DNA from: an uncultured Candidatus Rokubacteria bacterium
GTDB taxonomy: Bacteria > Methylomirabilota > Methylomirabilia > Rokubacteriales > DASRDR01
Length of the DNA stretch: 64,000 nt
Reading direction: 5' to 3'
Assembly: GCA_963826115.1 (NCBI GenBank)
Contig: CAWGVS010000005.1
Coordinates: 1,280,001 to 1,344,000, forward strand
This document shows positions 56,718 through 64,000 of the stretch, one piece after another (the stretch's first letter is position 1; the number at the start of each line of letters is the position of its first letter). Made by a program: the position numbers and the translations under genes. Under the pieces are notes generated by a model. That model worked only from the letters and a program-made list of their open reading frames with translations, did no database searches and was not told where the DNA came from.

Positions 56718-57611
56718 CTACTTCGGGGTCTGAAGGGCGTTCGGGATGATCACGTAGTGGACCGGCAGCCCGGTCTGCACGAGGAACTTCCCCACCGTGC
56801 CGTCGGCCCGCATCTCGTCGATGGCGCGCGACAGCGCGTGGTTCAGGTCCACGTCCGTCTTCCGGAGCGCGTACCGCGCGTAGCCGAGCTGGAGGTCGAT
56901 CGGCATCGCGACGGGGCTCATCTCCATGTTGATGCCGGGGTGCGCCTTGATGAACTGGAGCATCTTGATGTCGTCGTCGACGATGGCGTCGACGCGGCCG
57001 TTGGCAAGATCGGCGAACTCGACATCGCTCGTCGTGAAGAGCTTCAGCTCCTTCAGGTCCTTCCGCGCCTCCATGATCGGCTGGTAGAAGGTCCCGCGGT
57101 ACGTCCCGACGACCTTCCCCGCCATCTGCTCCCAGGTCATGATCTTCTTCGGGTTGCCCTTCTGGACGGCCACCGCCGCGCCGTACCAGTACGCCGGGCT
57201 CGTGAAGTCGATGACCTTCAGCCGGCCCTCGTTCTCGTGGATGTTGTCCACGATGACGTCGATGCGCTTCGCCTGGAGCGCGGCGATGAGCGAGTCGAAC
57301 GGCATGATCTCCCAGGTGATCTTCTTGATGCCGACGCGCCGGGCGGCCTCCTTCAGCATGTCGACGTCCAGGCCCTTGTATTCCTTCGTCTTCTCGTCCT
57401 GGTACGTCCACGGGAAGTCGGGGACGATGCCGAGGGTGATGCCGTCCTTCACCGCCCGGGTGTACGACCCGTCGCCGCCGACGAAGCTCACGCCGGGAAT
57501 GGTGCCGCCCGCCCCGTACTCGTCAACGCCGGCCGTGGATATCCAGACCAGGCCGAGCATCAAGCCGAGGGTGAGAATTCCGGTCAAGATCCGACGTGAC
57601 TTCCCATGCAT
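56718..57611 (-). CDS. Polar amino acid ABC substrate-binding protein (family 3)
   Basis: Signal peptide; GLDVD, FDSLIAALQAKRID, IDFT.P.Y, DL.NGRVDA. Confidence 0.9.
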   Translation of the reverse strand: MHGKSRRILTGILTLGLMLGLVWISTAGVDEYGAGGTIPGVSFVGGDGSYTRAVKDGITLGIVPDFPWTYQDEKTKEYKGLDVDMLKEAARRVGIKKITWEIMPFDSLIAALQAKRIDVIVDNIHENEGRLKVIDFTSPAYWYGAAVAVQKGNPKKIMTWEQMAGKVVGTYRGTFYQPIMEARKDLKELKLFTTSDVEFADLANGRVDAIVDDDIKMLQFIKAHPGINMEMSPVAMPIDLQLGYARYALRKTDVDLNHALSRAIDEMRADGTVGKFLVQTGLPVHYVIIPNALQTPK

Positions 57612-57792
57612 GTGCGTACCTCCTGTGCGGTGCGCTGAGCCTCGGGGTGCGGCGGTTGCAGGCGGGCGGGATGCCAGTCTGGCCGCGCAGCGGCCACTAC
57701 CATGGGGCCGGCCGCCTCATGATCGTTGGGCCCGGTCGAGACTGTCAAGGGCCGCCGGGGTGCGCGTTGCGCAACAGCCGGTCCAGCCCGGG

Positions 57793-60207
57793 TCAGGCGC
57801 GAGGGCGCTGGTTCTCCGGATCGAACGGCGGCTCCGCAACCACCGTCGCGGGACAGCGCTCGCCCAGGACGTCAAGGGCCAGGCGCGTCTCGGGCGTCGC
57901 CAGGCCGGCGTCGACGTACGCCACCGCCAGGCTCCGCCCGAGCCAGTGGGCGTAGCCGCCCGAGGTCGTGATCCCCACGATGCGCTCCCCCGCCCAGACC
58001 GCCTCGTTGCCCCAGCAGTCGGCGTCCCGCGCCGAGACCTCGAGCGTCGCGAGACGCTTCCGCGGGCCTTCCCGGCGCTGCCGGAGGAGCGCGTCCCGGC
58101 CGATGAAGTCGCCCTTGTCGAACGCGACGAACCGCTCGAGTCCCGCCTCGAGCGGCGTCACCTCGGTGTTGATGTCCGCGCCCCAGGCGCGATACGCCTT
58201 CTCGAGGCGCAGCGAGTCCATCGCCCGGAGGCCGAAGTCGACGAGCCCCAGGTCCTCCCCCGCGCCCCTGAGCGTCTCGTAGAGCCCGACCTGGTGCTCT
58301 ACCGGATGGTGGAGCTCCCAGCCGAGCTCCCCCACGAAGTTGATCCGGAGGGCGCGCACCGGAGTCGACCCCACGGTGATCGTCCGCGCCGAAAGCCACG
58401 GGAACGCGGCGTTCGAGAGGTCGTCGCCGGTGACGCGCGCGAGGAGATCACGGGCGCGCGGGCCCGCCAGGATGAGCACGCCCCAGCGGGGTGTCACGTC
58501 CTCGATGGCCACGCTCGCATCCGGCGGCGCGTGCCGGCTGAGCCAGTCGAGGTCGTGCCGCTCGGCCACCGCGGCGCTCAGGACCAGGAAGCGCTCCGGC
58601 GCGAGCCGCGTCACGGTCACGTCGCACTCGATCGTGCCTCGCGGCGTCAGGAGCTGGGACAGGGCGATCCGCCCGAGCCGCGGAAGCCGGTTCGCGCAGA
58701 GCCGGTCGAGGAAGGCCTCCGCCCCCGGACCATGGACCTCGTACTTGGCGAAGCTCGAGAGCTCCAGCAGGCCGACCTGCTCGCGGACGGCGCGCGCCTC
58801 CCGGCCGACGGCGTCGAACCAGTTGGACCGCCGGAAGCTGGGCCGGTCACGCGGCTCCGTCCCGCGGGCGAACCAGTACGGACGCTCCCAGCCGTTCCGC
58901 ACACCGAAGACCGCGCCCGCCGCGCGGAACCGGTCGTACAGCGGGCTCGTCCGCGCCGGGCGGCCCGGCCGCCGGTCGTCCTGCGGGTAGACGATCGCGT
59001 ACTCGTCCTCGTAGATGTCGATGCAGCGGGCGACCGCGTAGCGCTCGGTGGCGTACGCCCCGTAGCGGCGCGGGTCGAGCTCCCACAGGTCGATGGACGG
59101 CTGACCCTCGACGATCCACTCCGCCAGGTACTGACCGATCCCGCCCGCCTGCGTGATCCCGAAGCTCAGCCCGCACGCCAGCCAGAAACCGGGCAGGCCG
59201 AACGCGGGGCCGATCAACGGATTCCCGTCCGGTGTGTACGTGATCGGCCCGTTGACGATCCGCTGGACGCCCGCGCGCGCGAGCGCGGGCACCCGGGCCA
59301 TGGCGGCCTCGACGATCGTCCGGAGCCGCTCGGGGTCCGGCGGCAGGAGGTCGGCCCCGAAGCCCGGCGGGATGCCGCCGACGCCGAACGGCTTCGCCCC
59401 GCGCTCGTAGGGCCCGAGCAGCAGCCCGTTCGCTTCCTGCCGGAGGTAGTACGAGACGTCCACCTCGCGGAGGAGCGGCAGCTCGCGGGCGAGCCCCGCG
59501 ACCTCGGGGATCGCCTCCGTCACGAGGTACTGGTGCTCCATGGGCACGATCGGCAGGTCCAGGCCGGCCAGCTGGCCGACCTCGCGCGCCCACGTTCCCG
59601 CGGCGTTGACCACGATCTCGGCCAGGAAGTCCCCGCGGTCGGTGGCGATCCGCCACTCCCCGCCCGGCGTCCGCGCGAGGCCGGTCACCCGCGTGTGCCG
59701 GTGGACGCGAGCGCCACGGTCGCGCGCGCCCTTGACCAAGGCCTGGGTCACGCTCGTCGGGTCGACGTGGCCGTCCTCGGGATTCCAGACGGCGCCGAGG
59801 AGGCCCCGGGTCTCGACGAGCGGATGGAGCCGCCGGATCTCCTCGGGGCCGATCACCTCGAACGGGAGCCCGATCGTCCGCGCCTTGCCCCGGTGGCGGA
59901 GGTACTCGTCCATCCGGTCCGGCACCGAGGCGAGCCGGAGGCTTCCGGGCCGGTGGAAACCGACCGCCTGTCCGGTCTCCGCCTCGAGTCGCTGATAGAG
60001 CTCGGTGCTGGCCAGGTGGATCCGGGAGATGTTCAGGCTCGTGTTGAAGTGCGGCGTGTTGCCGGCCGCGTGCCAGGTCGAGCCCGAGGCGAGCTCGCCC
60101 CGCTCGAGGAGGACCGCGTCGGTCCAGCCGGCGCGCGCGAGATGGTACAGGAGGCTCGCGCCCATGATGCCGCCCCCGATGACGGCGACGCGCGCGGTCT
60201 CGGTCAT
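57793..60207 (-). CDS. GcvT-family FAD-dependent oxidoreductase (dimethylglycine/sarcosine dehydrogenase-like)
   Basis: IGGGIMG, SGSTWHAAG (flavinylation His), YTPDG.P, GWERP, SLRLEK; ATGA overlap. Confidence 0.92.
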   Translation of the reverse strand: MTETARVAVIGGGIMGASLLYHLARAGWTDAVLLERGELASGSTWHAAGNTPHFNTSLNISRIHLASTELYQRLEAETGQAVGFHRPGSLRLASVPDRMDEYLRHRGKARTIGLPFEVIGPEEIRRLHPLVETRGLLGAVWNPEDGHVDPTSVTQALVKGARDRGARVHRHTRVTGLARTPGGEWRIATDRGDFLAEIVVNAAGTWAREVGQLAGLDLPIVPMEHQYLVTEAIPEVAGLARELPLLREVDVSYYLRQEANGLLLGPYERGAKPFGVGGIPPGFGADLLPPDPERLRTIVEAAMARVPALARAGVQRIVNGPITYTPDGNPLIGPAFGLPGFWLACGLSFGITQAGGIGQYLAEWIVEGQPSIDLWELDPRRYGAYATERYAVARCIDIYEDEYAIVYPQDDRRPGRPARTSPLYDRFRAAGAVFGVRNGWERPYWFARGTEPRDRPSFRRSNWFDAVGREARAVREQVGLLELSSFAKYEVHGPGAEAFLDRLCANRLPRLGRIALSQLLTPRGTIECDVTVTRLAPERFLVLSAAVAERHDLDWLSRHAPPDASVAIEDVTPRWGVLILAGPRARDLLARVTGDDLSNAAFPWLSARTITVGSTPVRALRINFVGELGWELHHPVEHQVGLYETLRGAGEDLGLVDFGLRAMDSLRLEKAYRAWGADINTEVTPLEAGLERFVAFDKGDFIGRDALLRQRREGPRKRLATLEVSARDADCWGNEAVWAGERIVGITTSGGYAHWLGRSLAVAYVDAGLATPETRLALDVLGERCPATVVAEPPFDPENQRPRA

Positions 60208-61346
60208 GGCTCGGCGTCGTCCGCCGGCTCGTTCTCGGCCGGGAGCGGCGGGAGCGCCGGAGGCGCCGCGCACGGGGCCGAGACCCGCGTCAGCTCCCAC
60301 GAGACGGACTCCCTGAGGCTATCGCGGTCCCCGTAGTCATGCGTAACCGCGTACTCGCCCTTCATCATCCGCCCCGAGGCGTCCAGGATGCATGGTTGCT
60401 CCGGGTCCGGGTCAGCGCCCACCCAGATTCCGCTAAAGAGCTCCTGCTGGTGGGTGGGGGGGCCACTCGCCCAGTGGGTGGTCGAGGGGTATCGGTACTC
60501 CGCAGTCCCGACATTGAACCTGTAGGAGGTCGGGCGCGATGGACCGCCCGCGACGAGAAGACCGTCCGACGTTTCTCCATCGATGTGGCTCGTCCCCGAC
60601 CCCTCGGTTCTGTTGCCGCCGCCGCTCGAGTCCGACACCACCTCCCGGAGGCGCTCGCGCACGGTGGCGTCGTCAAGGTGGAGCCCCAGGTCTCCGGAAT
60701 GCGGGCTCTCACGCAGCCGGACCGAGTAGACGGTTCGAACGGTCCGGGTGCCGAAGATGCCAACGCCGCTGCCGCCGTCGGCATGGCGGGACACACCGCG
60801 CCGGCCCACCGTGCCGAGCCAGAACCCGCAGGTCCCGTCCCCACTGCCACCACCGCCGCTATCACCTGCCCCGCTCCCACCACCCCCGAAGCCGGCCGGA
60901 GGCGGGGCCAGGTAGATCCAGCGGACCTCGCGCCGGTCGTAGGCACGCGCGGGCGTCACCACCCGGCGAGCGTCGAGACTCACGAGAGGACCCGGCCGTA
61001 CGGATCCATCCCGGAGATGGAGCTCGTCCTCACCCGGACCCCGCACCGCCGGCGGGGGCAACGGCGGGTCGTCGAGGCCGATCATCACGATGTCGCGGCG
61101 CGGGACCTCGGTCTTGTCGAGCCGGCATTCCGCGGCGTCACAGCTCAGGAGCTGGCCCCGCCGCACCTCGCTCCCGAGGATGAGGAGATCGCGGGCCTCG
61201 GCGGACGTCGACCGGACGCCGGCGCTCAGCCCGACCATCAGGCTCACGACCAAGACCGTCCGCCGGCCCACGCAGGGCCATCGCGCCGCATCGCGCTCCA
61301 GGCCCGGCCGATCGCTTACACGATCGTCGAGGCTCGCGTGGCGCAT
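60204..61346 (-). CDS. Hypothetical exported protein
   Basis: Fills the gap between two co-oriented genes with a stop/start overlap; signal-like hydrophobic stretch, Gly-rich linker. Confidence 0.6.
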   Translation of the reverse strand: MRHASLDDRVSDRPGLERDAARWPCVGRRTVLVVSLMVGLSAGVRSTSAEARDLLILGSEVRRGQLLSCDAAECRLDKTEVPRRDIVMIGLDDPPLPPPAVRGPGEDELHLRDGSVRPGPLVSLDARRVVTPARAYDRREVRWIYLAPPPAGFGGGGSGAGDSGGGGSGDGTCGFWLGTVGRRGVSRHADGGSGVGIFGTRTVRTVYSVRLRESPHSGDLGLHLDDATVRERLREVVSDSSGGGNRTEGSGTSHIDGETSDGLLVAGGPSRPTSYRFNVGTAEYRYPSTTHWASGPPTHQQELFSGIWVGADPDPEQPCILDASGRMMKGEYAVTHDYGDRDSLRESVSWELTRVSAPCAAPPALPPLPAENEPADDAEP

Positions 61347-61364
61347 CGTGACCGAGCTCCGGAA

Positions 61365-63932
61365 TCAGCCCCGTTGCCGACCCAGGTACGCGGCGATGCG
61401 CGCGGCCTCGCGCTCGCGGAACCGGACGGCGATCCGGAGCTGCTCCAGGTACTGCTCGAGGATCTTTCCGCCGAGCTCGATCTGGTGAGCCGGGAAGAAC
61501 GCGCGCACCTCCGCCTCCCATTCCGGTCGCACCAGCGCGCTGACGCCGTCGAACAGCCGGCGGAACGCGCTCGGCGGATAGACCCGGCGCATGGTCTCCC
61601 AGTGGCCCTTCACGAACTCCCACGCGATCCCGCGCCCCCAGACGCTCGCGAGGACCGCGCGCACGACGTAGGGCGCGTCCTGGCTCCGGATCTCGCCGTC
61701 CAGCGTGTGCTGGAGCGTCTGGGTGACGAGCTCGGGCTGGCGGAACGCCGCCAACGCGTAGAGGTACCGCTGCTCCTCCTGAGGGCTCCGGGCGTGGCGG
61801 AAGCGCTCGCGGAACTCGGCGTACGCGTCGCCGCCGGCCCGGGCGAGGATGGCGATCACGGCGGGCAGCACGTTCGGATCGACCGCGCGCTCGTCACCCC
61901 GATAGCGCGAGTACAGCTCTCTCGCCTGTCCCTGGATCTCCTGGTCGTCGCCGAGAACGCCCACGGCGCGGAGGAGATCGCCTCGAAGCTGGCGCGTGAG
62001 CTCGTCCTCGCCGGGCTGCGGCGTCCACCCGAGCCGCCTGGCAGCGGGTCCGATCCGCTCCCGCACGAAAGCCTCGAGATCCTGCCGCGCGTCGTCGTCG
62101 ATCGCCCGGTTGATGTATGCGAGGGCACTGACCAGCACCGCCCACACGTTCCGGTCGGTCTCATCGCGGAAGCGCTCCGTCATGTCGAGGAACGCCGGCG
62201 CGTCGAGGTCGCCGGCTTGCGTGAGCGCGAAGCAGTCCGAGACCAACCCGAAGCGCTCGATGGGCGCGAGCACGGAGAGATCGGCGGTCAGGCGGCTCAG
62301 CAGCGCCGGCGCGTAGCCGACCCGGTAGAAGCCGGGGCCGCCCGCGTTCACCACGACCCAGTCCGGCGCGCCTGGGAGCGCGAGGTCGTCCTCGGCGCCG
62401 GCCAGGAGCAGCTTGTGCTCCGTGACCTTGCCGGCAACCGACGCCCGCGCCGACACCGGGACCCTCCAGAGCTGCGGGGCCTCCTCGGCGTCCGCGGGCG
62501 CGGTGTCGCCGAGGTACGTGAAGCGCCGCTGGGTCAGGAGGAGCTTCGACCCCTCGACCTGGACCCCCACGAGGGGGTACCCCGGGCGGAATACCCAGCC
62601 GTCCATGACATCCGGGATGGGCTGGCCTGACGCCTCGCCCAGCGCCTTCCAGAGGTCGGTGGTCTCGGCGTTCTCGTACTCGTGCCACCGGAGGTAGAGA
62701 CGCACGCCCTCGCGGAAGGTGTCCGGTCCGATGTGCTGCTCGAGCATGCGCAGGACCGACGCGCCCTTCTCGTAGGTGAGGAGGTCGAACATCGCCTCGC
62801 AGTCCCGCGGCGCCCGCACGTCGTACTCGATGGGCCGGCTCGAGTGAAGGCCGTCGATCCCCATCGCGGCCGCGCGCGAGACGCCGAAGCTCACCCAGCG
62901 TTGCCACTCGGGCTTCCACGCATGGACCGCAAGCATCTCCATGAAGGTGGCGAACGCCTCGTTGAGCCAGATGCCGTTCCACCACGTCATCGTCACGAGG
63001 TCGCCGAACCACATGTGCGCGAGCTCGTGGGCGACCACGTCCGCGATGCGCTCCAGGTCCGAGTGGGTCGCCGCCGCCTCGTCGACCAGCAGCGCCGTCT
63101 CGCGGAACGTGATGGCGCCGAGGTTCTCCATGGCGCCCGACGCGAAATCGGGAATCGCCAGCAGGTCGACCTTGTCGCTCGGGTACGGGATGCCGTAGTA
63201 GCGCTCGAAGAAGTCGAGACAGAAGGCGCCGGCCGTCCGGGCGTAGCTGGCCAAGTGGCGCTTCCCCTGGACGCACCAGACACGGAGCGGGGTCTTCCCG
63301 ACCATCACCGGCTCGGTCGACTCGAGCTCGCCGACGATGAATGCGACCAGGTAGGTGGACATCCGGATGGTGTCGCCGAACGTCACCGCGCGCCGGCCGT
63401 CGGCGACCGACTCCTCGCGGACGGGTGCGGTGTTCGAGATCGCGGTGTAGCCCTCGGGCACCACCAGCGTCACGCCGAACACGGCCTTGAGGGCGGGCTC
63501 GTCCCAGCACGGGAACGCGCGGCGCGCGTCGACGGCCTCGAACTGCGTGGCCGCCATGACGTGCGTCCGTCCGTCCGCACCCTTGAAGGTCGAGCGATAG
63601 AAGCCGTGGAGCTGGTCGTTCAGGATCCCCTGGAAGGTGATGCGGAGGCTCCACGCTCCGGGGCGAAGCGCGCGGGGGAAGCGGAGGTGCACGCGGTCCT
63701 CCGTCGCCGGGTCGAGCGACGCCGTGCCCTCGAGCCGCGTCCCGTCCGGCGCTTCCGCCGCGACGTGGGTGATCGTGAGCTCGACGGCGTTCAGCTGCAC
63801 CTCGTCCGTCTCGTCTCGGACCTCCACCTGGACGGTCTCCTCGCCGGCGTACGTCGCGGTCTCGAGGTCGGGCTCGAGCCGGATGTCGTAGCGGCTCGGG
63901 ACGACGGTCCTGGGCAGGCGGTGGCTGTTCAC
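61365..63932 (-). CDS. pepN: M1 family aminopeptidase (puromycin-sensitive/PepN-type)
   Basis: ATQFE..ARRAFPCWDEP, GAMEN, HELAH..W..LNE (HEXXH-X18-E), YEKG. Confidence 0.95.
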   Translation of the reverse strand: MNSHRLPRTVVPSRYDIRLEPDLETATYAGEETVQVEVRDETDEVQLNAVELTITHVAAEAPDGTRLEGTASLDPATEDRVHLRFPRALRPGAWSLRITFQGILNDQLHGFYRSTFKGADGRTHVMAATQFEAVDARRAFPCWDEPALKAVFGVTLVVPEGYTAISNTAPVREESVADGRRAVTFGDTIRMSTYLVAFIVGELESTEPVMVGKTPLRVWCVQGKRHLASYARTAGAFCLDFFERYYGIPYPSDKVDLLAIPDFASGAMENLGAITFRETALLVDEAAATHSDLERIADVVAHELAHMWFGDLVTMTWWNGIWLNEAFATFMEMLAVHAWKPEWQRWVSFGVSRAAAMGIDGLHSSRPIEYDVRAPRDCEAMFDLLTYEKGASVLRMLEQHIGPDTFREGVRLYLRWHEYENAETTDLWKALGEASGQPIPDVMDGWVFRPGYPLVGVQVEGSKLLLTQRRFTYLGDTAPADAEEAPQLWRVPVSARASVAGKVTEHKLLLAGAEDDLALPGAPDWVVVNAGGPGFYRVGYAPALLSRLTADLSVLAPIERFGLVSDCFALTQAGDLDAPAFLDMTERFRDETDRNVWAVLVSALAYINRAIDDDARQDLEAFVRERIGPAARRLGWTPQPGEDELTRQLRGDLLRAVGVLGDDQEIQGQARELYSRYRGDERAVDPNVLPAVIAILARAGGDAYAEFRERFRHARSPQEEQRYLYALAAFRQPELVTQTLQHTLDGEIRSQDAPYVVRAVLASVWGRGIAWEFVKGHWETMRRVYPPSAFRRLFDGVSALVRPEWEAEVRAFFPAHQIELGGKILEQYLEQLRIAVRFREREAARIAAYLGRQRG

Positions 63933-64000
63933 GTGGCTCCCCTTTCCGGGCTCCGGCGGCGGCCGCCGGTCTGTTGACGACGATGGAGCCCCGGCGCAAC

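Overview
High-GC, gene-dense bacterial window. The gene repertoire (many enolase-superfamily, ABC, Mo-oxidoreductase and GT-C-like genes) suggests Ca. Rokubacteria/Methylomirabilota or a similar soil lineage; this is inference only. It holds about 54 CDSs: small-molecule catabolic clusters (nitrilase family, three mandelate racemase/MLE enolases, a PhyH/PhnY-like dioxygenase, amidase, SelA/DgaE-like PLP enzyme, MetE-like zinc protein, FAH, HpcH aldolase, DHDPS-like protein, penicillin-acylase family, GcvT/DMG dehydrogenase-like), three ABC importers, two stand-alone molybdopterin oxidoreductases and an M1 aminopeptidase. The most unusual part is 16.5-31.6 kb, a glycosylation island that looks more AT-rich. 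It has three GT-C-like polytopic membrane proteins, a GT2 polyprenol-P-sugar synthase-like protein, a GT4 and methyltransferases around a secreted S8 protease with five ~334-bp tandem Ig-like repeats. The island also carries two condensed ghost genes: an internally deleted copy of the upstream dppC-like permease and a TylF-like O-methyltransferase remnant. Several single-base frameshifts, often at homopolymers, may be long-read errors. No rRNA, tRNA, CRISPR array or transposase was recognised.
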